Assembly (NCBI GenBank): GCA_951406725.2
Contig: OX597815.1
Coordinates: 18,166,001 to 18,230,000, forward strand
Reading direction: 5' to 3'
DNA: 64,000 nt
Source of the DNA: Octopus vulgaris
Lineage: Eukaryota
Part shown: piece after piece, positions 1-14,149 of the stretch
How the letters are laid out: the number at the start of each line of letters is the position of its first letter
Position numbering within the stretch: position 1 is the stretch's first letter
The notes under the pieces: generated by a model
Seen by the model: only the letters and a program-made list of their open reading frames with translations
Told to the model about the DNA's origin: nothing
The model's database searches: none
Made by a program: the position numbers and the translations under genes

Positions 1-141
1 AATTTTTGGATGGCTGCAAATAGACTCTGAGGTGCATTGAAAATAACACGGATGACTGACGGTGGCGAATATTTTTCTTGTTTTCTAATTGGTGTACCCA
101 CAACGCAGTCGACATTAACAGGTAAGGGAGTATTTAATAGT

Positions 142-745
142 AAGGCGGCGAGCTGGCAGAAACGTTAGCACGCTGGGCGAAATGCTTAGCGGCATTTCGT
201 CTGCCGCTACGTTCTGAGTTGAAATTCCGCAGAGGTTGACTTTGTCTTTCATCCTTTCGGGGTCGATTAAATAAGTACCAATTACATACTGAGGTCGATA
301 TAATCGACTTAATCCGTGTGTCTGTCCTTGTTTGTCCCTTCTGTGTTTAGCCTCTTGTGGGTAGTATAGAAGTAGGTATTTCGTCTGCCGCTACGTTCTG
401 AGTTGAAATTCCGCCGAGGTCGACTTTACCTTTCATCCTTTCGGGGTCGATAAATTAAGTACCAGTTACGCACTGGGGTCGATGTAATCGACTTTATCCG
501 TTTGTCTGTCCTCGTTTGTCCTCTCTGTGTTTAGCCTCTTGTGGGTAGTAAAGAAATAGGTATTTCGTTTGCCGTTACGTTCTGAGTTCAAATTCCGCCG
601 AGGTCGACTTTGCCTTTCATCCTTTCGGGGTCGATTAAATAAGTACCAGTTACGCACTGGGGTCGATATAATCGACTTAATCCCTTTGTCTGTCCTTGTT
701 TGTCCTCTCTGTGTTTAGCCCCTTGTGGGTAGTAAAGAAATAGGC
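142..745 (+). mobile_element. tRNA-derived SINE (family A, Meta-like domain), trimer of 184-bp body units
   Basis: Box A-like TGGCAGAAACG, box B GAGTT(C/G)AAATTCC, Meta-like CCTTTCATCCTTTCGGGGTCGATAAATTAAGTACCAG; units start at 192, 376, 560; TSD AAGGGAGTATTTAATAGT at 124-141 and 746-763. Confidence 0.92.
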
Positions 746-785
746 AAGGGAGTATTTAATAGTTATCACCCCTCTCCAAATCCTT

Positions 786-787
<2 letters not shown>

Positions 788-857
<70 letters not shown>
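788..857. repeat. (GA)n microsatellite
   Basis: Direct reading. Confidence 0.98.
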
Positions 858-862
<5 letters not shown>

Positions 863-928
863 ACGAAACAAAATTTTTATAAATGTCATTTTTCTCATGA
901 AAGTGGGAGTACCATTCAGAAATCCAAA

Positions 929-970
929 CGGGTTGGATGCGGCTCGCGGTCCGCAATTTGCCCCCGACTG
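929..970 (+). mobile_element. Probable terminal fragment of a hAT/Charlie-type non-autonomous element
   Basis: GATGCGGCTCGCGGTCCGCAATTTGCCCCCGACTG resembles the GCGGCCCGCGGGCCGCAGTTTGCCCACCCCTG end of hAT MITEs; partner end not in window. Confidence 0.45.
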
Positions 971-1509
971 TTCTAAATCCTTATTACGATGTGCTTTATT
1001 ATTAACAAGTGCAATCTTTACACAATGCTTTGTGAAAAGATACTATTCGGAATTTGCTGGTAGAAGGATTATGATATTTACTGGAAATTCTTATAACAAA
1101 AGCAAGAATTATTAGCACTAACACAGCACTACCAATAATTCAATTATCAATGAGGAATCTGATCCAATTTGGGAAATCGATCTAACGAGTGAGTTAGACC
1201 GACATACTAGAAATAGCTCCCTAATTCACTTTAAATCGCATCCAACGACCTCAAAAAGGGCGGATAATGTACATTTTGACATCCCTCCCCTAAAATGATG
1301 AACTAGTTTGGAAGCCTTTCCTTATAGTTCTACTGAATTAGGGGGCTAGTACGGTGCCAACCCCGCCTAAAAACCAAACCAAGCCATAAGATAACAACAT
1401 TATCTATTTATCTATATTCAATAATGACTACTAAAAACAAAAATTAAATTTCGCTATTTGTGTTATCTTCTTTTTTTTTCACCGCATCGATATTTATTGG
1501 AGTTGTGAT

Positions 1510-1572
1510 TAAACGTAAAATATATTTGTCTAAACTTAAAATATATTTGACTAAACGTAAAATATATTTGTT
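1510..1572. repeat. 21-bp tandem repeat x3
   Basis: TAAACGTAAAATATATTTGTC / TAAACTTAAAATATATTTGAC / TAAACGTAAAATATATTTGTT. Confidence 0.9.
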
Positions 1573-1648
1573 TATAGATTTTATGCATAAAGCGCAAACA
1601 GAAAAAAAAAATCTATAAATTCATAGATTTCTAGCGATTCTTAATCAG

Positions 1649-1728
<80 letters not shown>

Positions 1729-1756
1729 TGTACAGGCATAAAGCAAAAGTCAAACA

Positions 1757-1822
<66 letters not shown>

Positions 1823-1833
1823 TGATGATGATA
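1649..1833. repeat. Two (AAT)n microsatellites
   Basis: Direct reading. Confidence 0.95.
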
Positions 1834-2951
1834 ATTAATAAAGTAATTAATTAGAATAAAACAGCAACTGCCGCAGAAAGCTTTGGAGTTAGAGTAGCGA
1901 TAACGATTTTCTATCATAGATGAACATCATGCTGTTATTTAGCTCAAGGCTACATTGATCGAGGAAACTGGTGATTAAAGGCGTTCCGGTCTAATTGTGA
2001 CCATCACGTCTTATAGAACGTTACTTAATGTTACGGTCTTATTTTCAATGGTGGAAGTAAAGTGAGATCTGAGTGAGTTTTGACTGTTATTTCTACCAGA
2101 TAAAGCGACTACGTAGAGATTCCTTTGTTGACTCTTAAAGAATTATATTGCAAAGTTAGCCAAGACACTGTTCCGAGGAGGCGAAGTCATATTCTGTGGA
2201 AGGGACTAAAATAAACTCATTAAGGCTCATTGTATAAATCATAGCACCGTTCATGCAAATTAGACACAGATATTAATCTTTCATTTGAATTTATGAACAA
2301 TTCTAGCCTCAATGTGATAATAAATGGATAGCAAAATAATTTTCGAAATATCCCCTCTTAAATAACTTCTATATAAAACTCCGTGTTTATGGAATGAAAC
2401 TAATATGTACAAATAAACATCGCTAGACTGAAGGTAACAACAATTGTGTTCTCGTCAGTTAAGAGTTGCGTGTCCGAGCTTTTAACTAATTCATAGTGCT
2501 TTTTCTCGACATTGAAGTAAACCATTGAGAATGAAACAATTTTCTGTGTGACATAAAGTGAATTTGAGTAGCACGTATTATTCTCATATTTATGTTAGTT
2601 GGGGAATTGATTTTATAGCAGCGCTTAACGATCAATCTAACATGCTGTAAGAGTAGTTGCTATTGATAAAACTATTCCCATTCTAGACGATGTTTATTGA
2701 ATCTAATAACTACCCAGAAAGCATGGTGCCTTTCTTTGACCCCAGACTTTCGCAATGTAATCCTTCCCATTTGATCAAGGCAACAAAGTCAATGAATAAT
2801 GGTTTCTCAATGATTCTCTCTTCTTTAAAGCCTCTCTTCCACATTTCTACATCGCTCGCTTAAATGCTCCCTTTATTATTTCTTTTCACCTCTCTCTTTT
2901 CCTTTTCCTTTTCCTTTCTTCTTACTTTCCCCCCTCTCTTACCGGATAGTT

Positions 2952-4520
<1,569 letters not shown>

Positions 4521-4904
4521 GTGAGGGATGGCATATAAATACATGGGTTGCTGTACAGTGTGTGGCTGGGGGGTATATATGTTTATGGGTGCATATAAAT
4601 CTGAGTGTATGTGTGTGCATTTAATTTTGTTTTCCAATGGAGTTGTTAGATTTACTGGGGATTTTTTCTTTTTTGCTGGTTTGTTTCGTTGGTTTTCGTG
4701 TATTGTTTACATTTGTGATTAACTATTGTTGTTATTGTTGTTACTGTTGTTGTTGTTGTTGTTGTGATGGCTGTTGCTACTGTTATTATTATTATTATTA
4801 TTATTGCTGGGACAAATAATGTATACATCACCGTTGTATAAACTATAAACGAACAACAATTACGACCAGAAGAGCAAAGGCAATTACACTAACAGCAACA
4901 AACA

Positions 4905-5192
4905 CTCCTTCCTCTCCTTCCTCCTCCTCCTCCTCTTACTACTACTACTACTACTACTATCACCACCACGACCACCACCACGACAACCACCACGACCACC
5001 ACCACTACTACTACCACCACCACGACCACCACCACGACCTTCACCACCACCACCACCTCCACCACTACTACTACTACTACCACCACCACCACGACCACCA
5101 CCACGAAGACCACGACGACGACGACGACCACCACCACCACCACCACCACGACCACCACCACAACGACCACCACCACCATCACCACCACCACC

Positions 5193-5233
<41 letters not shown>

Positions 5234-5411
5234 CACGACGACGACGACGACGACCACGACGACCACCACCACCACCACGACCACCACCACCACAACCACC
5301 ACCACCACCACCACCACCACTACTACTACTACTACCACGACGACGACGACAACGACGACGACCACGACGACCACCACGACGACGACGACCACCACCACCA
5401 CCACCACCACC

Positions 5412-5467
<56 letters not shown>

Positions 5468-5576
5468 CACGACGACGACGACAACGACGACGACCACGAC
5501 GACCACCACCACCACCACCACGACCACCACCACGACCACCATCACCACCACCAGCACCACCAGCACCACCAGCACC

Positions 5577-5612
<36 letters not shown>
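4905..5612. repeat. Compound (ACC/ACT/ACG)n trinucleotide array
   Basis: In-phase ACN triplets over ~700 bp; gives poly-V and poly-G/S/R ORFs. Confidence 0.95.
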
Positions 5613-5686
5613 TTGTGACTGACTAGGGCATTGAGCCAATTTATGCAGTGTTTATATGGATATAACAACGTTTCGGTGGATGATAA

Positions 5687-5786
5687 TCAATTCTGGGGGT
5701 TGTGAGGGCACGTTCGATCCCTGCAGAAATGTGCGAAACCCAACAGGGAAACGCAGTTCGGCGTTCTAACATATACTTTCACCTCT
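5687..5786 (-). CDS. Candidate terminal coding exon (EVKVYVRTPNCVSLLGFAHFCRDRTCPHNPQN*) of an unidentified gene
   Basis: Unique, GC-richer island between microsatellites; acceptor TTATATTCCAG; phase-compatible with 11590-11660; no family recognised. Confidence 0.33.
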
Positions 5787-5842
5787 CTGGAATATAATTC
5801 ATAATAATAATGTCGGCACCACCAACACCATATATCTACTAT

Positions 5843-6084
5843 TGCCACCACCACCACCACCACCACCATTTAGTTCATGGCTGGAACGTCTTTGATCATA
5901 CGTCTACTGTTGACCTGGGGCTAAACTATAAGAAGAAGAAGAAGAAGAAGAACAACAACACAACACAACACCACCAGCAATCCCCAATAACAACACCGCC
6001 ACTGACGCCATCACCACCACCGCCTACACAACAACGATTAATATCAGTGCGGCAACCGCCACCACCAACACCACCACCACCACC

Positions 6085-6154
<70 letters not shown>

Positions 6155-6350
6155 ACAACAACAACAACAACAACACCACTACCATCAACAACAACAACAA
6201 CAACAACAACACCACCAACAACACCACCACCACCACCACCCCATCAACAACAACAACAGCAGCAGCAACAGCACCACCACCGCCGCCCCCGCCACCGCCA
6301 CCACCACTAACAATTAACAACAACAGCACCACCGCCGCCGCCACCACCGT
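5843..6350. repeat. Compound CAC/CAT/CAA/AAG trinucleotide repeats
   Basis: Direct reading. Confidence 0.9.
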
Positions 6351-6589
6351 TACACAGCCATCACGATTAACCTCCCCCCACAAAAAAACAACGGTAAGTA
6401 TAGCACAGACATCAGCACCACCGCCATTGAAACTACAAGCAAACAAAGAAATCTCTAAGTGGTTGCTCGACATGCTAGGAATAGCAGCTAAATTTTTTTT
6501 CACATTGCATTCCATCATCTTATAACAAAGGAAGGACATATTAGATTTTATAATCTTTGATGTACAGCAGCTGAATAAAATACCCCACC

Positions 6590-7580
6590 CCGTGCTTAAC
6601 TGGTACTTATTTTATCGACCCCGAAAAGATGAAAGTCGACCTCGGTGCACAAAGTCGACCTCGGTGCACAAAGTTGACCTCGGCGGGATTTGAATTCAGA
6701 ACGTAAAGACGGATCAAAGCCGCTACTTTGCCTTTCATCCTTCCGAGGTGGATTTAATAAGTTACCACCTGAGCACTGGGGTTGATGTAATCGACCTATC
6801 AGCGGCGAGCTGGCAGAAACGTTAGCACGCCGGGCGAAATGCTTAGCAGATTTTCGTCAGTCTTTTCGTTCTGAGTTCAAATTCCGCCGAGGTCGACTTT
6901 GCCTTTCATCCTTTCGGGGTCGATAAATTAAGTACCAGTTACGCACTGGGTCGATATAATCGACCTAATCCCCTTGTCTGTTCTTGTTTGTCCCCTCTAT
7001 GTTTAGCCCCTTGTGGGTAGTAAAGAAATAAGAAATAAGTAATCGACCTATCACTTCCTACGAAATCATTGACGTTGTACCAAAATTTGAAATCACTGCA
7101 TCAAACTATATTTGAGGCGGTGGACTGGCAGAAACGTTAGCATGTCGGGTAAAGTGCGCTGCGGTATTTCGTCTGTCTTTACCTTCTGAGTTCAAATTCC
7201 ACCGGAGTCAACTTTGCTTTTCGTCCTTTCGGATTTTACAAAATATGTACCAACTGAGCTCTGGAGTCGATGTAATCGACTTACACCACCCACGAAATTA
7301 CTGGCCTTGTGCCAAAATTTGAAACCAACATCACAAATTACAGCAGCAACATCTACAATATTGGTTTCAAATTTTGGCACAAGGCCAGCATTTTCATGGA
7401 AGATGGTAAGTCGTTTACACCGTCCCCTGTGTTCAACTGGTGCTTATTTTATTGCCCGCCGAAAGGATGTAATGTATAGTCGACCTCGGCAGAATTCGAA
7501 CTCAGAACGTAAAGTCGGAAGAAATGCTGCAAAGTATTTCCCCCGACATTCTAATGATTCTGCCAGCTCCCTGCCTTAGC
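6590..7580. mobile_element. Cluster of family A SINEs on both strands, with a younger copy (6802-7038, +) nested in an older one
   Basis: Repeated Meta-like domain and box B; TSD GTAATCGACCTATCA at 6787-6801 and 7039-7053. Confidence 0.88.
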
Positions 7581-8053
7581 AACGTCTCTAATAATAGTAA
7601 TGATGAACTACTAAATCACTTATTCAAAGAATTATAATAAAAGTGGTTGAGTATTCCAAAGACATACTCATAACGTAGTTATTCCGTGTGACATGGCTCG
7701 ATAAAATTGCGAGTACAGTCCATTCAGCGGACATCATAACAGTTCGAAGGGTCTATCCGAGGCAACATTAAACTGAAAGCCAGCAGTTTTCAGGGAAGGG
7801 GTAAATCGATACTGTTGGCCTCAGTTCTTGACTGGTACTTTTTTTATCGACCATGGAGGGATAGAAGGCGAAGTTCAGCTCGGTAGAATGTGAAATCGTT
7901 TTGGGAGCTTTGAGAGAGATCAAATAATAAAAAATGGAATCAATGGTTGTCGTAGTAGTGGTTTCAAATTTCGGTATAAGCTTAGTAATTTTGAGGGAAG
8001 GGGCAAGTTGATTACAAGGACTCCAATACGTGACCGATACTTTATTTCATCAA

Positions 8054-8470
8054 AAGGCGGCGAGCTGGCAGAATTGTTAGCACGCTGGGCGAAATGCTTA
8101 GCGGTATTTCGTCTGCCGTTACGTTCTGAGTTCAAATTCCGCCGAGATCGACTTTGCCTTTCATCCTTTCGGGGTCGATAAATTAAGTACCAGTTACGTA
8201 CTGGAGTCGATGTAATCGACTTAATCTGTTTGTATGTCCTTGTTTGTCCTCTCTGTGTTTAGCCCCTTGTGGATAGTAAAGAAATAGGTATTTCGTTTGC
8301 AGTTACGTTCTGAGTTCAAATTCCACCGAAGTCGACTTTGCCTTTCATCCTTTCGGAGTCGATAAATTAAGTACCATTTACGCACTGGGGTCGATGTAAT
8401 CGACTTAATCCGTTTGTCTGTCCTTGTTTGTCCTCTCTGTGTTTAGCCCCTTGTGGGTAGTAAAGAAATA
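8054..8470 (+). mobile_element. Family A SINE dimer inserted into an older minus-strand copy (~7960-8600)
   Basis: Two body units; TSD GATACT(T/C)TATTTCATCAA at 8036-8053 and 8471-8488; older copy resumes after the TSD. Confidence 0.9.
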
Positions 8471-9116
8471 GATACTCTATTTCATCAAGGCCGAAAGGGA
8501 TGAGAGAAACAGTTGTGTTCGATGGAATTTGAACTCAAAGCGTAAAGAGCCAGAACTATTACAAGTAATTTTCTCTGAAAATTCTGGCGATTTCATCTCC
8601 CTCGGTAATAACAGTTTTACACAGGCACAAGAACTACACATATTGGCGGGAAAATAGTTGGGAACTTTCATATTTGAAGGCCGTCCGTATTGTTTTAAAT
8701 ATTATATAATCTAATAAGGCTACGTAATAGAAAATCTAATAAAAAAATTGTTTAGTGTTTCTTTAATAGGTTTTAGAGGAAAATGTAATTACATTTATTC
8801 TGAAAATGTAATTATAAATATTGAAATAAAAAATAAAAACATAAACTGATCTTTTGACTTAATTATATATATTTAATGAAGAATACATTAATAGATAATT
8901 AGGAAAAATGTATTTTTTACGCAAAAGCCAGACTTTATTCAAGGAAACTGTATTTGATTACCCCAAAGGTAAAAGGTAACCCAAGTCTGGTTTTGTCAGT
9001 TAAATCGACACCGTTATTTTATCACCGCTAAAAATGTATTAAACACTTTTTGATATTATATCACTAAATAAACAAAACCGCAAAGAAATATATCACATCT
9101 GTGCACACACACACAG

Positions 9117-9177
<61 letters not shown>

Positions 9178-9210
9178 CATACATACATATATATATACAT
9201 ACATATATAT

Positions 9211-9249
<39 letters not shown>

Positions 9250-9288
9250 TATATAAATATGTATATATATATATACATATATATATAC

Positions 9289-9320
<32 letters not shown>

Positions 9321-9451
9321 GTTATATATACACACACAATCATTGTAGATGCCCACACATATATGCGTACGTGTATATATGTGTGCATACACCAAAATAT
9401 GTATCATAAGGGTATATATAAAATTATATATGTATATATATATATATATAT

Positions 9452-9868
9452 AATGAATGGTGTGTTGAGGAGTGCCAAGGGAAGCGTAGTATAGATATTC
9501 ACGGAGTAGTGCTCAGATAAATGAGAACTTAAATTTCAAGACAGGTGCCTCTTGTGTAGAAAGTCTGCTATATGCACGATCCTCGAAGTGTGGGAGTAAA
9601 AAGGCAACTACAGACAAGGTGCTTGATGAGTATATTTACACAGATTACAAAAAATGAAAAAAATTAAGAATGCAAAATAAACGAAAGAAGTTATGTAATA
9701 ATCTTATCTTGACAGCTGTTTCGAATGAATTATGGCTTATTGCTATAGACATCTTAATTATTTAATAAAGGCTCATAATGTTGTAGATGTGTGGTAAAAC
9801 GCGTATTCGTATGGCTCCGTGAGGCAAAGTCATATGTCTTTCAATGGCTCACATTCTTCCGATGACAG
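9452..9868 (-). mobile_element. Probable Penelope-like terminal-repeat fragment with degenerate hammerhead
   Basis: Minus strand CGAAACAGCTGTC at ~9711-9723 and CGGAAGAATG ~130 nt upstream; abuts (TA)n. Confidence 0.45.
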
Positions 9869-9951
<83 letters not shown>

Positions 9952-10002
9952 ACAGTCTGTCTGTCTATCTATCTAACTGTCTGTCTGTCTGTCTGTCTAT
10001 CC

Positions 10003-10079
<77 letters not shown>

Positions 10080-10185
10080 GCTAGCTAGCTAGCTAGCTAG
10101 CTAACTAGCTATCTATCTATCTGGCTGTCTGTCTATCTTCCTATCTCTCCCTCTCTGTATTTTTATAGCATATATATAGAGAAAT

Positions 10186-10242
<57 letters not shown>

Positions 10243-10250
10243 GAGAGAGA
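9869..10250. repeat. (CTAT)n / (CTAG)n / (ATAG)n tetranucleotide arrays
   Basis: Direct reading. Confidence 0.95.
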
Positions 10251-10339
10251 AAGTATCTTCCTGTTACAGAAGAGTTGTGTTTATAAAAATACCTCGAAAT
10301 GTCCGTATGCGTATCGTGGGGCGCTCCCTCCATTGTTGC

Positions 10340-10770
10340 ATGTCCTCTCTGTGTTTAGCCCCTTGTGGATAGTAAAGAAATAGCTATTTCGTCCGTCTTT
10401 ACATTCTGACTTCAAATTCCACCGAGGTTGACTTTGCTTTTTATCCTTTCGGGGTCGATAAATTAAGTAACAGTTGCGTACTGAGGTCGATTTAATCGAC
10501 TGGATCACCCCTCCGCCAAAAATTTCGGGCCTTGTGCCTAGAGTAGAAAAGAATATTTCTGTTTTGGTCAAAGCAGCGTGCTGGCAGAATCGTTAGCCCG
10601 CCGGGAAAAATGCTTAGTGGCATTTTGTCTGAGTTCAAATTCCGTCGTGGTCGACTTTACCTTTCATTCTTTCGGATCGATAAAATAAATGCCAGTTGAA
10701 TACTACAGTCGATGTAATGGACTTGCCCCCTCTCCCGAAATAGCTGGCCTTGTGTCAAACTTCAAAATCA
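10340..10770 (+). mobile_element. Family A SINE fragments (5'-truncated multimer plus older copy)
   Basis: Tail-to-body junction AAAGAAATAGCTATTTCG and Meta-like domain. Confidence 0.8.
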
Positions 10771-11589
10771 AAAGTTCTATTTTGGCCGAAATGCTGAATT
10801 TGTGTCTAAATCAGAAACGATGGTTATTTTCTTGAGTTTTTAGCCCACTGAGAGTTTCAGGGTCGACAAAATAAGCACCAGTCAAATACTAAGGTTAATT
10901 TATTTTACCTTGTGTCAAACTTCAAAATCAATATTTCTATTTTGGCCGAGTTTTGCTTGTTTTCACAGGGTCATTAGCCAAGTCATGTATTTGTTCATTC
11001 ATTCATTCATATATTTCTCCCTTTTAAGCATTAAACTAAAACATCTGTTAAAGGTTGTGCTTCCTGAGCTGTCTTCATTTTGTGCTGAATAGCGTTACTC
11101 ACAGTCATGTGTATGCATACACGTATGTCTGATAATCTCATACAAACACATACACACACACACACACTCTCTCTCTCACATACACACAAACAGAAAATAA
11201 ATAACACACACACACACACACACACGTATAGAGCATACACGCTTAACGCACACATTACCCACGCATACAATTAGCTTCATACACATATGCATACTTCCAC
11301 ACACACTCACACAAACACGCACACATGTCGGATAGCGTCATACACACACATGCATCAGGTAGCTTGACACAGACATAAACACACATCCAAATATACGTAT
11401 ACTCAACCATAATCACACAACGTATACAAGTGCTCAATGCTTCATAGACGCACCCACCTACATGTTTGCACACACACACATACAAACACACACGCACACA
11501 CACACACATACAAACACACACGCACACACACACACATACATATACACACGCTCGCGTTAACTTCATACACACATAACAATATAACAAAC

Positions 11590-11660
11590 GTATATTTGGA
11601 CAATGCGCCCAGTACACTTGCTCTGTTCTCTGGGAGAAATGAAATCTGTTCTTCAGACAC
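11590..11660 (-). CDS. Candidate internal exon (VSEEQISFLPENRASVLGALSKYT)
   Basis: AATTTAG acceptor, GTTTGT donor, 71 nt, phase 0 to 2, joins in frame to 5687-5786. Confidence 0.33.
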
Positions 11661-11916
11661 CTAAATTTCGAGCTTGTTTTCTAATGAATTCCATTCTTAT
11701 TTCTATGATTTACCATTTACATCTTAATAAGCAGATAGATAGTTCTGAAAATGTGATTTATGTATTTTGTTTCAACTTTCACTATCATTGTTATTCTTTC
11801 GGATTCCTCTGTGTAATATATTTTGCAATAACTTAGCTAATCCTGAAATTGCAACAAGACGATATTGTCGGGACTTTGAACGGATACATAACACATACAT
11901 AGATACATAGATACAT

Positions 11917-11963
<47 letters not shown>

Positions 11964-12815
11964 CACAGACAAATATTACGTAATACATACATGCATACAT
12001 ACATATATACATACATACGTACATACATACATACAGATACACACTCACACGTACGAGTGCTATCGAGGAAGTCATCTCAATATTATATATCATGTGTGAG
12101 AGAGTATATGTGTGTGCGCATGCGCGTGAGCGTGTGTATGTACGTGCGTTCGCATACGAATGCTTGGCTATATCCCATTATGTCATGGCTTGAGAATAAA
12201 ATTCCTCGCTGTACGTATGCCAGTGCTATGGAAACCAGATATTCTGTTCTAATATATCTTTCACATTTATTCCAATGTTCCTTCCTATATATATATATTT
12301 TCCTTTTCTTCTATCTTATTTCCTACATATTAAGAGCCTGCGTTTACATTAATATTCATACGACAATTTTGTTCAGAGCTATAAACTAAAAGTTCGAACG
12401 TAGTTAAGAATCAATGACTTCTCCCCGTTCAGCCATTGTACTATATAATCACAATACAAGAGTTGAACATGATGGTTAGTCATTGAGAGTTTGTACCTAG
12501 CATGCTAATCACATATAAAACTCCAGATAGTAGATAAAATATAGTAATATGAATTAAGTAGTTCACTTTAACATGTTAAATATGTACCAATAGTATGTCA
12601 AAATGTCCAGTACTGGCCTTTCGTACAAGAACTATAATTAAAAGTCTTTATATATGACTGAATAAAGCTACGGTAATAAGGTTTTGAATATATGGTACCA
12701 AGGAAATCTATCTTAACAGTATTATCTTAGAAATATCACAGAGATCAATTTTGTCTTTCAAATCCGGCCGATGTTGATTTTGCCGTTCGTCCTTCCGAGT
12801 GGGATAGTATAAAAT

Positions 12816-13146
12816 CTGGGACCCTCTTCGGTCACGACACTGACCATGGGATTGCACCTAAAAAGTTACCCTCCTAGTCACAAGTCTGGGCAAGGTGGTT
12901 TTATGGAAGACCAGCAGTCGCCCATGCATACCGGCCTCTCCTCTCCCTACCATCGATGTTATCCAAGGGAAAGGCAAAGGCCGATACAGCTTGGCACCCG
13001 TGACGTCGCAACGCATTTCTACAGCTGAGTGAACTGGAGCAACGTGAAATAAAGTGTCTTGCTCAAGAACACAACACGCAGCCCGGTCCGGGATTCGAGC
13101 TCACAACCTCACGATCGTAAGCTCGACGCTCTAACCACTGAGCCAT
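12816..13146 (-). mobile_element. tRNA-derived SINE with CORE-like segment (family B)
   Basis: Minus strand TGGCTCAGTGGTTAGAGCG...GCTCGAATCCC head, then GTGTTCTTGAGCAAGACACTT; second copy at 58478-58770; interrupts an old family A remnant. Confidence 0.85.
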
Positions 13147-13331
13147 AAAATATCAGTTAGATATTGTTGTCGATCTAAATCGGCTAAACTCTTTCCCGTG
13201 ACTGGACTGTGATCTTGCGCCTATTGCAGAAAGAATTAAGATATCTTCTCAAAAGATTTGTCCCGGCTTTTTACTATACTGTTAAAGATAGGTACCTTAC
13301 ACAGTCGTTGTATCTGCTATTATAATCTTAC

Positions 13332-13358
13332 AAATCGTGGCCTTCCTCGAACGATATC
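13332..13358 (-). CDS. Candidate 27-nt micro-exon (DIVRGRPRF)
   Basis: Long polypyrimidine tract then TAG acceptor, GTAAGA donor, phase 0-0. Confidence 0.3.
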
Positions 13359-13519
13359 CTACCGGTGTAAGAGAAACGAAAAAACAAAAAAAAAAAAACA
13401 AAAAGAAAATCGAACACGTGGTTAGATTAATTCAGGACATAAATTAAGGTGGCATAGTCAAAGCTAGAAGCATTTAGTTGTCCGGTCTGAAACAAAAGTA
13501 ATTTATGGTTAAATCACCA

Positions 13520-13842
13520 CCGTCATCATCATCATCATCATCATCATCAGCACCACTATCATCACAACCATAACCACTACGAACATCAATCATCACTTCC
13601 TCTACAAACATCACCGCTGCCGGCGCAGATAACTACCACCACCACCACCACCACCACCACCACCACCACCACCGCTACCACCAGACCACCACCACCACGA
13701 CCACCACAACCACGACCACCACCACCACGACCACCACAACCACGACGACGACGACGACCACCACCACCACCACCGCCGCCGCCGCCGTCGCGCCACCACC
13801 ACCACCACCACCACCACCTCCTCCTCCTCAACAACAACAATA
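13520..13842. repeat. Compound CAT/CAC/GAC/GCC trinucleotide repeats
   Basis: Direct reading. Confidence 0.9.
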
Positions 13843-14149
13843 ACATATTGAGGTTTCGCCGCAGTAAATTTGTTATCTGTTTCCAGGATATTTTTGAAAT
13901 ATAAAGAACAGCTTGACTCCTTTTATCCTAGCAACAGGTAAATATAAACAAAAAACACAAATAACAAAAAACCCCGTTTAATCGCCCACGTTTTATTATT
14001 GGTATCATTGTGTCATTTTATCTCCATCTGTTTTTGTTGAAAGCTCAAAATAGTAAAGGATAAGAACTTAGTGGAAGGCGAATATTATTAAAAGTTTCTT
14101 GAATATACATATATCTGGAGAGTTTTTATTTTTCCTGGTAGATACCATG

